A DNA stretch of 64,000 bases from an uncultured Bacilli bacterium (GCA_944372195.1 CALVYK010000006.1:3458-67457), one strand, 5' to 3'. Positions 27,905 to 37,810 are shown, counted from the stretch's first letter. The notes: generated from the sequence alone by a model not told the origin. Made by a program: numbers and translations.

Positions 27905-29445
27905 CCAAAAAATTTATTATATCCTCTAGCTATTACTTCACCATTATCTTCATTAACAAATAAACCTCTAGCTTTACAAGTAAGGTTATCCCATTTACCT
28001 CTTTGGAATGCTTTTCTTGTAAAATTGTATGAAGCAATATTATTTTCTAATATTTTCTTTTGGATATTTTTTGATTTTTTTAATTGTGCTAAAATATCAT
28101 TTTGGTTTAAATCAAGGTCTAATTGTTGAGTTTCAGGCACAACTAAATTTTCGTCATAGACATTACTTGGTTGTAATATTTCTTTAACTGAATTATCTTC
28201 ATTAATTTCAATAATTCTAAGAAATTTACCATATTCTGGTTCATCACATAAATTATAAATTCTATCACTTGCTTTAATAGGCAATTTAAAAATATTTCTA
28301 TGTGAATGGATTTGGATATAGTTATCGGGTGTATTGTTGTTCCAAGAGTTATAAATTTCTTCTAAATTTTCATATTTTCCAACACCTTTTATAAACTCTT
28401 GTGTAGGAGTAAAGATGGTTGGAACATTAGGTAAACCGCCATGTGTAATAAGATATACATTTTTACCGAACTTAAAATAAGCCATTTGTGCTAATTTTCT
28501 ACAAAATTGTCTAAGACTTCCTTTATCAATATCTTGTATTTCGGGAATTGTCTTTTCTTTGAATAAAGAGCTTTTAATATTGTTTGAAGATAATTCATTT
28601 AACTGTGTTTTTGTTAAATATTTTTTAAATACCGCTTTATCTTCTAAGTCAATATTAACTTCTTTATATTCATTTGAACAATATTTCTTTAAATGAGCGC
28701 AATGATTGCCTTCTAAGATTAGAAAGTTTGGCTTATTCATATGTTCTAAAAGAAATTCTAATACCTCTTTATTTTGAATACCTCTATCTATATAATCACC
28801 AGTAAAAATATACTTATAACTATCATTAATAGGATTTGCTTTAAAATAGTCTTCAATTGGGGCAAAACAACCATGTACATCCCCAAAAACTACTATTTTT
28901 TTATATTCATTTGTAAAATCGTATAAAACATTTTGTTTTAATACTTCTAAAGCTTCATTACGATTTAAAATTGTAAATTTATTACTTACTTCTTTACAAC
29001 TTGCTATATTTTTTTCTGCTTCAAATACAGCATGCATTTTATGTAATACTTCTTCTGGTACGAATTTGTAAGAATCACGTTCTCTATTTCTTTTTAAACA
29101 TACATCTAAAGAAACATCAGTAAAATCTACAATATAAGCCCTATATCTGTATTTATCAATTAACTTTTTATATCTTGTTAAAAGTTCTTTTTTATAATGA
29201 GTAGCATTAACTATTACAAATTCACCTCGTTCCATACGTTGTTCAAGAATTTCAAATAACATAGTCCATACTTTACCATCATTTTTTTGAGTAATTTCAA
29301 GATTACCATTTAATGATGTAACGGGTGATTGAAGTAATAATCTTATATTGTCAGCAGAGAGTGAATACTGTTCTAAATTATTTTGTTTAATCCAATAATC
29401 TTTACCACTTGCTGGCATTCCACGTGTTAATAATAAAGTTCTCAT
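27898..29445 (-). CDS. Polynucleotide kinase-phosphatase (Pnkp) plus N-terminal part of the ligase domain
   Basis: P-loop TRGMPASGKD; phosphoesterase motifs VVFGDVHGC, GDYIDRG, EGNHC, ITHGG. The C-terminus FTRKAFQRGKWDNLTCKARGLF...GYNKFF resembles the Rnl1 N-terminal region. Confidence 0.8.
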   Translation of the reverse strand: MRTLLLTRGMPASGKDYWIKQNNLEQYSLSADNIRLLLQSPVTSLNGNLEITQKNDGKVWTMLFEILEQRMERGEFVIVNATHYKKELLTRYKKLIDKYRYRAYIVDFTDVSLDVCLKRNRERDSYKFVPEEVLHKMHAVFEAEKNIASCKEVSNKFTILNRNEALEVLKQNVLYDFTNEYKKIVVFGDVHGCFAPIEDYFKANPINDSYKYIFTGDYIDRGIQNKEVLEFLLEHMNKPNFLILEGNHCAHLKKYCSNEYKEVNIDLEDKAVFKKYLTKTQLNELSSNNIKSSLFKEKTIPEIQDIDKGSLRQFCRKLAQMAYFKFGKNVYLITHGGLPNVPTIFTPTQEFIKGVGKYENLEEIYNSWNNNTPDNYIQIHSHRNIFKLPIKASDRIYNLCDEPEYGKFLRIIEINEDNSVKEILQPSNVYDENLVVPETQQLDLDLNQNDILAQLKKSKNIQKKILENNIASYNFTRKAFQRGKWDNLTCKARGLFVNEDNGEVIARGYNKFFGW

Positions 29446-29510
29446 ATTTGACCTCCGTTTTTATTATTTGTTCTTATTATAACACGTATATTTTAAAATG
29501 TCAAGTGGGG

Positions 29511-29705
29511 CTATTTTTTTAATTTAGCCCCACATTTTGTACAAGTTATTTTATCTTGTTTATTTAAAAGTTCAATATCATAATCTTTAAGTTTTCTTTT
29601 ACATTCAGGACATTCTAAAGCCCCGTTTAATTCATATGTTTGAAATACAACTTTTTTTTGTCCTGTTTTAATGTCTACAATTTTTTTCATAGTTTTATTC
29701 CTCAC
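29511..29705 (-). CDS. Zinc-ribbon protein
   Basis: CPECKRK ... CTKCGAK. Confidence 0.55.
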   Translation of the reverse strand: MRNKTMKKIVDIKTGQKKVVFQTYELNGALECPECKRKLKDYDIELLNKQDKITCTKCGAKLKK

Positions 29706-29708
29706 TTT

Positions 29709-30224
29709 CTATATTCCACTTTTAATTAACTTGATTAGTTTTTCTTCACCTATGCGGTTTTTGGCTACGGTTAAAAAGTTTTCATCAAGGCAGTAAACTT
29801 GTCCTATATCAGGATAACTAATTTTATCATCTTGAACTAAATCCTGCTCAAATCTCCAAAAGTATATATAAAATTTTAATTGATTATCGTAATCCCAATC
29901 AATCTCAACCCCATTGTTAAGCTCTAGTGCAAGGTCTTTTAATTGTTGTTTGGTTAATAGATTTTCTTTAAAATCTATCGCTTCTTGTTCGGTTTTGAAA
30001 CAGTTGCCTGTGTTAAAGCGGAATAAATCATCGTCATCATATTGCCATTCAACACATCTAATGATACCTCTATCATCTAAGTAAAAATAGTGTTGTCCAA
30101 ATATAGGTTGCCATCTTACACCCTTTTTAATTCCTTCAAATTTAGGTGAATTAACTTCCTTTTTTAATTCTTCAATCTGCTTTTCCAATTCTTCAATTTT
30201 ATTTTCAAATTCTTGTTTATTCAT
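29709..30224 (-). CDS. Hypothetical protein
   Basis: Track ORF; N-terminal coiled coil. Confidence 0.55.
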   Translation of the reverse strand: MNKQEFENKIEELEKQIEELKKEVNSPKFEGIKKGVRWQPIFGQHYFYLDDRGIIRCVEWQYDDDDLFRFNTGNCFKTEQEAIDFKENLLTKQQLKDLALELNNGVEIDWDYDNQLKFYIYFWRFEQDLVQDDKISYPDIGQVYCLDENFLTVAKNRIGEEKLIKLIKSGI

Positions 30225-30354
30225 TTATTTGCTCACTTTCGCTCACTACAATCGGCATCACGTTACAATAGTTTTTATTTAATTGTTCAAGTGAATTAGC
30301 AATCCTTTTAAGCTGTTTTGCTATTTCTTCAAGCATTTCTACTTCGTATATCAT
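30217..30354 (-). CDS. Hypothetical 45-aa protein (below track cut-off)
   Basis: Hand-translated MIYEVEMLEEIAKQLKRIANSLEQLNKNYCNVMPIVVSESEQINE; 8-nt overlap with the next start. Confidence 0.4.
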   Translation of the reverse strand: MIYEVEMLEEIAKQLKRIANSLEQLNKNYCNVMPIVVSESEQINE

Positions 30355-30434
30355 TTTTATTACCTTTATTTTTAATTGTTATTTTTCATTTCATTTTCTA
30401 ACATATTTTTTACTTTGCTTAATTTTTATATAAT

Positions 30435-31511
30435 TTATTCTCTATAATCATAATTTTTTGTAACAAAATTATATAAACATCCAAAAATTATTACTACAAT
30501 TATTATACTCGCAATTATTTCTGGTAGGGTAATCCTTTTTTTTATATAATCAAATTTACTCATTTCATAGGGTTCATAAAATTTAACAACTATAGCTAAA
30601 ATGTTATTATAGTCATTGTTATTGACAATACCATTATCTAAAATATATTGTTCAAGCTCTCTTTTAACTCTATATGATTTAGTCCACCCAAATACTTTTA
30701 CATATTCAGGATTTTTAATATCACCTTTAACACAAATTACTAAGTCATTCTTTTTACCATTTGTCCATGCACTTTCTATTTTATTAGCTTCTTCTGAATT
30801 ATCTATGGGCAATATAATTAAATTTGCTTGTACAGCTTCATACACTTTGGTATTTAAAATATCCCATTGTTTTTTGTTTATGTTCTTAATTTGTACTCTA
30901 TTTGTTTCAAGACAAGAAATAGATTTTGGATATTCTTTTTTATAGTCTACTTTAGAGTTAAAAATTGTGTTTTGTCCCTTTAATGGATTAGCCCATATTT
31001 CAACTTTATTAGTAGGATAATTGTAAGTATTTGTCATGTTGTTATAAGTGTAAACATAAGGGTCTCCACTAACAATTTTACCGCCATTTAAACATTTATA
31101 AGGTTTAGTCCTTATTACCTTATTACCAAAATCTTTTCTTACTAAGTCATAAAAATTTTTAGATATTTCCCATTCTTGATTTAATGAGTCAGTTGCAATC
31201 CATTGATTAGGATATTTTTGGTATTCTGTTGTATAATATGTACTACAACAAGTAGATTTACCGCAGCTATGACATACGGTATGACTTTGTTCATATTCTT
31301 CAGTGAATTCTGGATTAAAAGATACTGATATTATCTTGCCAGATGTAAAATATATGTCATTAGGGTATGGTATTTTGCATAAAATATAACAAATACCACT
31401 TGTTAAAACTATACTTAACACCAGAATTAAAAATTCTTTAGTTGTTATTTCTTTATTAAATATATAACAAACTGCTGATATTATTATAAATATTATGCAA
31501 ATTGTAAACAC
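30435..31511 (-). CDS. Membrane protein (2 N-terminal TM + 1 C-terminal TM)
   Basis: Hydrophobic segments at both ends; GTG start overlapping the LemA-like stop (TAGTG). Confidence 0.6.
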   Translation of the reverse strand: MFTICIIFIIISAVCYIFNKEITTKEFLILVLSIVLTSGICYILCKIPYPNDIYFTSGKIISVSFNPEFTEEYEQSHTVCHSCGKSTCCSTYYTTEYQKYPNQWIATDSLNQEWEISKNFYDLVRKDFGNKVIRTKPYKCLNGGKIVSGDPYVYTYNNMTNTYNYPTNKVEIWANPLKGQNTIFNSKVDYKKEYPKSISCLETNRVQIKNINKKQWDILNTKVYEAVQANLIILPIDNSEEANKIESAWTNGKKNDLVICVKGDIKNPEYVKVFGWTKSYRVKRELEQYILDNGIVNNNDYNNILAIVVKFYEPYEMSKFDYIKKRITLPEIIASIIIVVIIFGCLYNFVTKNYDYRE

Positions 31512-32044
31512 TAGAGTTCAACCTCGTCATCCTTACCTGTTTCAAATACTTTTTCTGTTTGAGTTGATGTAACAATATTTATTTTTATTTTATCTACTTT
31601 TAATACTGTAAAGTATAAATTATTTGGGAAAGATGTTAGTAATGTATCATGCTGTCTTTTTAGGTCTATTAATTCTTTTTGATTAAGGTTAAAGTCATCT
31701 CTGCTAGATACAATTATATTATTTAACTGTTTATAAATAGAACTGTCAAAGTTAGGAATAGCCTCTGCACCCCATTTCATTAACATATTAGATGAATTAT
31801 CTTTTCTACCAGTAGTGTATACTTCTACAATCTCTTTAAACCCGTCTTTGTATTTGTCTGATACATTAGCGGCTTGCTTTATTTTTTTCCACATATTATC
31901 AAAATTAGAAGTGTTTTCAACTTGTTTAGCTTCAATTTTATTTCTAAGTTGAATTTCATAGTTGTATAAATCTATACCTCTACCTATAATACCAAATAAA
32001 ATTACTGCTAATATAACTAAAATAGCTGTTAAAATAGTTTTCAT
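31511..32044 (-). CDS. LemA-like membrane-anchored protein
   Basis: N-terminal TM helix followed by DLYNYEIQLRNKIEAKQVEN...NMW, which resembles the LemA family pattern as recalled from memory. Confidence 0.45.
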   Translation of the reverse strand: MKTILTAILVILAVILFGIIGRGIDLYNYEIQLRNKIEAKQVENTSNFDNMWKKIKQAANVSDKYKDGFKEIVEVYTTGRKDNSSNMLMKWGAEAIPNFDSSIYKQLNNIIVSSRDDFNLNQKELIDLKRQHDTLLTSFPNNLYFTVLKVDKIKINIVTSTQTEKVFETGKDDEVEL

Positions 32045-32107
32045 AAAAAATCCTTTTTTAATGTTATATTATAATTTTACCATGAAAAATTTTTTTGTCA
32101 ATATTTT

Positions 32108-32518
32108 TTAAATATATTTGGGTTTATAATACTCGTAAATTATATTTCTTACATCATAGAATATTTCATTTTTATTATTAATGCACTCGATTAAAATCTC
32201 ACGCTTTAACTCTTTTAATGTTTTACCTGATATTTTAATTGTTTCTAGTAATTTTCTATTGAATAAAGCTATCAACCTTAAAAATATTTCATCAGTTATT
32301 GGAAGATATTCTACTACTACTCTTTTGACTTTTAAATTTTTAATATCATCTGGACCTATTTTTCCTTTTATTTTTGCAGATAATAATTCGTCTTTAGTAA
32401 AAGTTGAAGTAAAGCTATGCTCATATCCTAAAACGTCTATATATATAAATGTACAATCGTATAAATATTTTTTAATAATATTAAACTCTTTGTTAAATTC
32501 TTTAATTAAAGCTTGCAT
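32108..32518 (-). CDS. Hypothetical protein
   Basis: Track ORF. Confidence 0.55.
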   Translation of the reverse strand: MQALIKEFNKEFNIIKKYLYDCTFIYIDVLGYEHSFTSTFTKDELLSAKIKGKIGPDDIKNLKVKRVVVEYLPITDEIFLRLIALFNRKLLETIKISGKTLKELKREILIECINNKNEIFYDVRNIIYEYYKPKYI

Positions 32519-32571
32519 TATTTCACCTTTATATTATCTATATATTATTATATTAGTTATAATTAAGTTAA

Positions 32572-32757
32572 TCAAGATATATTTTTACCACATTTTTCAC
32601 ATATATTATATTTTTTACTACAATTTTCACAAACTTTTGGTGTATTAGTATTGTGATATATATATATTTTACCACATTTTTCACATTTCCATTCAGTGAA
32701 ACCTTGTCCACATGCACATCCATATTGCATTTCTATTTTACATTTAGAACAAATCAT
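32572..32757 (-). CDS. Multi-zinc-ribbon small protein
   Basis: CSKC..CACG..CEKCG..CENC..CEKCG. Confidence 0.55.
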   Translation of the reverse strand: MICSKCKIEMQYGCACGQGFTEWKCEKCGKIYIYHNTNTPKVCENCSKKYNICEKCGKNIS

Positions 32758-32891
32758 TATTTACTCCTTGTTTTTTATTGATTATTATTGATTATTACTT
32801 ATTATTTTAATTTATTTTTTTATTACCATTATTCTTGATTTTAATTATTTCTTCTATTATTTTTTTTACCTAATGAAAATTTTATCATTTA

Positions 32892-33071
32892 TTACCTTTC
32901 TACATTATATCTATTTTTTACATACTCTAAAATACGCTCTTTATATTCTTCATCAGTTTCATTTCGTCTAATTGTAATTTCAGAATGTGTAAACCAATCA
33001 ATAAGTGTTTCAAGCCACAAATTATTATTTATTTTAACATCATTTTTATTTTTTATTTTTCCTTTATACAT
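32892..33071 (-). CDS. Hypothetical 59-aa protein (below track cut-off)
   Basis: Hand-translated MYKGKIKNKNDVKINNNLWLETLIDWFTHSEITIRRNETDEEYKERILEYVKNRYNVER; RBS ggtga. Confidence 0.45.
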   Translation of the reverse strand: MYKGKIKNKNDVKINNNLWLETLIDWFTHSEITIRRNETDEEYKERILEYVKNRYNVER

Positions 33072-33115
33072 TTATTCACCAAATTTACCCGTTATCTTTT
33101 GCTTTTATCCTTTTT

Positions 33116-33493
33116 TTACAAATATTTAATACTCAAATAATTAATAATTAAATGCAAAATATTATCTTGAATAATTATTAACCATACTCTTATAAATGGT
33201 GGTCTATTAGCTTTATAGCCGTCTTTTATTATATTATCGCCCCATATAAAGAGAGACTTAAAATCCCAATTCTTAATTTGATTTAATTTATATACAATAT
33301 TTGTACCATCAATAATAGCGTGTGTTATAAATATTACAAATAAAGCTAAAGGGCTTCTAGTTAATAATATAAAAGGTATTGTATATGTGAAAGCGTGTGT
33401 TAAGGCAATATAAAACTTATCTTTTTTATTTAATGCCATCCAGTCATTTTGTAGCCAGTAATCAGCAAATAAATGTATTAATAATTGTTCCAT
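33116..33493 (-). CDS. DUF3307-like integral membrane protein
   Basis: HLFADYWLQNDWMA plus several TM helices; family name recalled from memory. Confidence 0.5.
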   Translation of the reverse strand: MEQLLIHLFADYWLQNDWMALNKKDKFYIALTHAFTYTIPFILLTRSPLALFVIFITHAIIDGTNIVYKLNQIKNWDFKSLFIWGDNIIKDGYKANRPPFIRVWLIIIQDNILHLIINYLSIKYL

Positions 33494-33495
33494 TA

Positions 33496-34224
33496 TTACC
33501 TCTTATTATCTTCAAATTCGTCTATTTCTTGTAAAATATTTTCTTCAAAAATTTTAAAATCTGCATTCCATAATTTTTCATTAAATCTTTTTGCGTTCGA
33601 GTTTTTAACTTTTTCCATATATTTTGAGTTCCAAGTTGCTCTTGGATAATCAAATCCATAAAATAAATTATTAATTACTCTTAAAATTGAATAGTATAAA
33701 TTGTTTTTTTTCTTAAGGTTTTCAGCGTTAGCATAATAAACAAAGCTATATTCAAAAGGTAAATATTTATTTGATTTTATAACAAAACTTTTTTCATATT
33801 TACATCTACTCCAGTAACAAGTGCTATTATTAAAAGTTTCCCAAATGGTAGTAGAAAAATCTTCATTATTTAAAATGCTTTTTATTTCTTTAATGGACTT
33901 AAATCTTCCATTATTTTCTTTTAATATAAAAAGCAATCTAATAATTTCTTTTTTAAATTCATTCAAATTTAAACTATATAGAAGAGGATTAAATCTATAT
34001 AAATGAAACGAATGATGTGAAATAACTGTTGTTTTCTTTTTAATTAAATTACATAAAAATAATGTATTAAATAATTTATCATCTAATAAAAAACTATCAT
34101 CTTCTAAACACCAAATTCCACAATAATATTGTATTTCTTTATTTTTTAAAATATCTAAATTTGCAATTATATCTTCTAATGTTTTTATTTCAATTCTATC
34201 TGTCATTATTTCATCCTCTTTCAT
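33496..34224 (-). CDS. Hypothetical protein
   Basis: Track ORF. Confidence 0.55.
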   Translation of the reverse strand: MKEDEIMTDRIEIKTLEDIIANLDILKNKEIQYYCGIWCLEDDSFLLDDKLFNTLFLCNLIKKKTTVISHHSFHLYRFNPLLYSLNLNEFKKEIIRLLFILKENNGRFKSIKEIKSILNNEDFSTTIWETFNNSTCYWSRCKYEKSFVIKSNKYLPFEYSFVYYANAENLKKKNNLYYSILRVINNLFYGFDYPRATWNSKYMEKVKNSNAKRFNEKLWNADFKIFEENILQEIDEFEDNKR

Positions 34225-34516
34225 ACAGCTTTTTTAAGTAATAACATTTTGCATAAGTATCGGGCATTATATCTGATAAAACTGCTATTATATGTGAATA
34301 TTGACCGTTTGTATTTGTAGCTCTTAATTGTTTAAGAAGAAGGTTTATTTTTTGCCATTCTTTATAATAAAATTCATCAAATCGTGAGTTTATTTCAAAT
34401 TGTTCATTTGCTAATCGCAAAGTTATATAAAATCTATTTAGCCAAAAGCAAATAAAAACAGCAGGTAGAGAAAGTATTTTATCAATTAATTTTAAATATC
34501 TTTTAAAAAACTTCAT
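34211..34516 (-). CDS. Hypothetical protein with one TM helix
   Basis: Track ORF. Confidence 0.5.
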   Translation of the reverse strand: MKFFKRYLKLIDKILSLPAVFICFWLNRFYITLRLANEQFEINSRFDEFYYKEWQKINLLLKQLRATNTNGQYSHIIAVLSDIMPDTYAKCYYLKKLYERG

Positions 34517-34524
34517 TTTGTTGC

Positions 34525-34899
34525 CTATCTTTCGCTTGTAATACTTGTCACATATCTAAAATAAATTTTTGTATGTGTATTTTGTAAAAAATCACTTAAA
34601 ATTTGTTTTGTTGTCATTTCAGGTGGCAAAAGATGAATATTTGATACCAAAAAACCATTGTCAATTTTTTTTGTAACAAGTTCGAGATTACAGTTACAGG
34701 GCGGTAGCAATGAAAAATCGTATAAAAAATCAATTTCAAAGCTACCTTCTCCGTTTACACTAGGAAAAAAACCTTGATTATCGTTTGGGGAAAATTCAAT
34801 ATTTCGTACTTCGGCTATTAGCTTTTTCTCTGTAATAGCTTTACTATCTGAAGAATAAATTTTTTCATAAAAAAGCATTCCATTTAAATTACTTTTCAT
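34525..34899 (-). CDS. Hypothetical protein
   Basis: Track ORF. Confidence 0.55.
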   Translation of the reverse strand: MKSNLNGMLFYEKIYSSDSKAITEKKLIAEVRNIEFSPNDNQGFFPSVNGEGSFEIDFLYDFSLLPPCNCNLELVTKKIDNGFLVSNIHLLPPEMTTKQILSDFLQNTHTKIYFRYVTSITSER

Positions 34900-34920
34900 T
34901 TATTCCCACCTCTTAAATTA

Positions 34921-35271
34921 TCAATACCAGCAATAATCTTTTGTATCTATATTATTATCTTTTATGAAATCATCTAAAGAATTATTTGCTAAATGTTTTT
35001 TAAGTTCTTCTATTTTAGTTTCTAATCTAGCGACTAATTGGTCTTGTATGTAATTAAAAAGATTTATATTGTCTTCGCTTATTTTGCAAACAGTTTGGTA
35101 TTTTGAGCAGTCGTTGTATATATCTAAATCGTTAAGTATTATGTTTTTTGCACAGCTACTACATATTTCTTTTCCGCTAAAATCGTCTTTAAATATTTTA
35201 GTTTGAAGTTTATGTTTCCCACCACAATTATCACAAACATATCTTTTTTCAGCAACTTCTATCTCTTTCAT
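34921..35271 (-). CDS. Zinc-ribbon protein
   Basis: Track ORF starts at GTG 35289. The ATG at 35271 (MKEIEV) has better-spaced ggaaagg. CDNCGG...CSSCAK. Confidence 0.5.
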   Translation of the reverse strand: MKEIEVAEKRYVCDNCGGKHKLQTKIFKDDFSGKEICSSCAKNIILNDLDIYNDCSKYQTVCKISEDNINLFNYIQDQLVARLETKIEELKKHLANNSLDDFIKDNNIDTKDYCWY

Positions 35272-35352
35272 TATTACCATCCTTTCCACTTTGTGTAATC
35301 CTGATAAATATTTAAATTTATATTTTTTTACACCAAGATTAACATCATTGCT

Positions 35353-35631
35353 CTAATCCTCAATTATTTCTACTTTATCAAGTGTGTCAAAATTAAGTCT
35401 ATCGCTATTAACCGCCTTATTTATTGTGCCGTCTTTTTTTAATTGTTTAAAATCTAGGTTACTAACCATAGTAAACAGTTTATCAGTATAAAACCAACTA
35501 TCATTAATTTTAAATTTAGTACCTTGTTTTAGCCCTTTAGCCTCAACTGCTTGTGCTAATATATCTATTTTTTTTTGTTGTAATTCAAAAATTTGTCTAT
35601 TAATTTTTTTATATTCTTCTTTGTAATTCAT
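35353..35631 (-). CDS. Hypothetical protein
   Basis: Track ORF. Confidence 0.55.
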   Translation of the reverse strand: MNYKEEYKKINRQIFELQQKKIDILAQAVEAKGLKQGTKFKINDSWFYTDKLFTMVSNLDFKQLKKDGTINKAVNSDRLNFDTLDKVEIIED

Positions 35632-35702
35632 ATTTTATACCTCATTTAACTACTTTTTTATTATACTACAAAAATTATTATTTGTAAATACTATTTTAAT
35701 TT

Positions 35703-36752
35703 TTATTCTTTATTGTTAAAAAATTCTACAAAAGTGTTATGCCCATATTGTCCTTTTGTTATTTGAATAACTTCATCTAGTGTCATTTCTTTTTTAGGTT
35801 TGTGTTGCTCTATAAAATTTTCTACACCCAAAGCACAAGCCCCAGTTATAATCCTATAACATTCATACCAATATTCTAATGAATATTTTTTGTTTTTATC
35901 TAAATTATTATATTTAGATACATCTCTATCAGATTGTTTAAATAACCAATCTCTATAGGCTTGTTTTACAGTATAACCATGTGCAGAGATGTTATTTTTA
36001 GTAAATACAAAGCTTTCTTCTATATCAGCTTTTAAAACAACTTTTTTAACATTAAGTTTAGACTCAATTAGTAAAGCTTCAACGCCGTCTACAGTTATAA
36101 CTTCTCTAAATTCTTTATTATAAAGCCCATAATAAGTATCTTCTTTTATTCTTACTCCGTCAACACATTCTGTTTTAACAAAATAAGGATAAATTTTTTC
36201 ATTTTCATCTTGACGATATTCAGCAAGTGTTATCCAACTCCCCTTTTGCCCTTTAGCTATAGACCAAGGACCTATAGATGCAATAATAGATTTATGTCCT
36301 CGATTATCAACTTGCGTCAAAACACCAGAGTTTATTATTTTTGCATAAGCACCAAAGTTTGTTATCTTTGCATAATCGCCAGAGGTTGTTATCTTTGCAT
36401 AACCACCAAAGTTTGTTGCTTCTGTATAATTACCAAAGCTTGTTATTTTTACATAATTGCCAGAACTTTCAATTTTTACATGGCTACCAGAACTTGTAAT
36501 CATAGAACACTCACCAGAGGTTGTTATTTTTGTATAATTACCAGAGGCTGTTATTTTTGTATAATTACCAGAGGCTGTTATTCTTACAGAATCACAAGAA
36601 TTTGTAATTTTTGAACAGTTGCTAGAACTTATTATTTGTTCGTTGAAAGTCTTATTTTTGTCTATAATATTTAATTTCATAATATTTTTAATTAAAATAT
36701 TTGTAGATGTTGCAAATTCAAAAATTTTTTTTAAACATTTTTTAAAATTCAT
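35703..36752 (-). CDS. Repeat protein (beta-solenoid-like SGNYxKIT repeats) with globular C-terminal domain
   Basis: About 12 consecutive ~10-aa repeats: ITASGNYTKITASGNYTKITTSGECSMITSSGSHVKIESSGNYVKITSFGNYTEATNFGGYAKITTSGDYAKITNFGAYAKIINSG. Confidence 0.65.
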   Translation of the reverse strand: MNFKKCLKKIFEFATSTNILIKNIMKLNIIDKNKTFNEQIISSSNCSKITNSCDSVRITASGNYTKITASGNYTKITTSGECSMITSSGSHVKIESSGNYVKITSFGNYTEATNFGGYAKITTSGDYAKITNFGAYAKIINSGVLTQVDNRGHKSIIASIGPWSIAKGQKGSWITLAEYRQDENEKIYPYFVKTECVDGVRIKEDTYYGLYNKEFREVITVDGVEALLIESKLNVKKVVLKADIEESFVFTKNNISAHGYTVKQAYRDWLFKQSDRDVSKYNNLDKNKKYSLEYWYECYRIITGACALGVENFIEQHKPKKEMTLDEVIQITKGQYGHNTFVEFFNNKE

Positions 36753-36796
36753 AATTTACCTCTTTTTTATAAATATAACATATAAAGCATTTTTTG

Positions 36797-37810
36797 TCAA
36801 GCTAAATTTGTGAAAATATGTTTTATCACTTCAGCAGTCCAACTATTACCTATGCATTTGTATCTTTGGGTATTTGAAATTTTAATTATTTTATTGTCTT
36901 TATCAACTCCAAATTCAGTATAATTTCTTGGCAATGTTTGTAAGGCTTCACACTCTATAGGATGAAATTTTCTTATACAATTCCAATCCCTAAAAACATT
37001 ATATGGCACACCCTTAAAAAAATTAGCAACTACAATAGCGGATTTATCATTTCTTATGTCTGAATGGTGTAAAAAATCCCAATGTGTACGCCCGTCTTTA
37101 ACTTTTCTGTTCATATATTCTATAGCCTTTTCAGAGTGTAATAAGTCTTTTAAAACTAAAGATGGTATATGACCTCCGCCTTTAGCTGTTCTTATAGTAG
37201 GGCTTTTATCTTCAAAAACTCTAACATTTTTTTCTTTAAAACCCCCATATAAATTATGAAGTGCTACTGGATATACATCTGAAAATACAACATCTTTTAA
37301 AACTATGTTCCTATCATCAGGTTGTTTAATATTTGGAATATTAGTCCAATATAACCTTTCCCTTTTTTGAGCTGACACTAAACTTGAATTTATAAGGATA
37401 GATTTTATACCTAATTTTTCTGATATTATATTCTCGCTTTCTTTATCCATTTTTACATTTTCAAGTAAAAAATACTTTGGTTTTATAACTTCTAAAGCTT
37501 CTATAAATTTATAGAATAATTTAGAGTCTTTACCATCTAATTTTTTCTTACCCTCTTCTGATGTATTGGCTCTTGAAAGCTGCGTACAAGGTGAGCCACC
37601 TATTATTAAATCAATTTTACCAATGAATTGGGTAAAATCAATTTTATTAATATCACCTAATTGAATAGTGTTAGGATAATGATATTGTGTAATAGAAATT
37701 GCATATTTATCAATTTCACTTGCATAATAATTTTCTACAGGAATATTTAATTCTTTTAATACGTATTGTCCTACAGATATTCCATCAAATAAACTTAATA
37801 CATTCATCAA
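36797..37810 (-). CDS. dcm: DNA cytosine-5 methyltransferase
   Basis: Motif I LSLFDGIS, motif IV GGSPCTQLS, motif VI LLENV, motif X RYKCIGNSWT. Confidence 0.9.
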   Translation of the reverse strand: MMNVLSLFDGISVGQYVLKELNIPVENYYASEIDKYAISITQYHYPNTIQLGDINKIDFTQFIGKIDLIIGGSPCTQLSRANTSEEGKKKLDGKDSKLFYKFIEALEVIKPKYFLLENVKMDKESENIISEKLGIKSILINSSLVSAQKRERLYWTNIPNIKQPDDRNIVLKDVVFSDVYPVALHNLYGGFKEKNVRVFEDKSPTIRTAKGGGHIPSLVLKDLLHSEKAIEYMNRKVKDGRTHWDFLHHSDIRNDKSAIVVANFFKGVPYNVFRDWNCIRKFHPIECEALQTLPRNYTEFGVDKDNKIIKISNTQRYKCIGNSWTAEVIKHIFTNLA

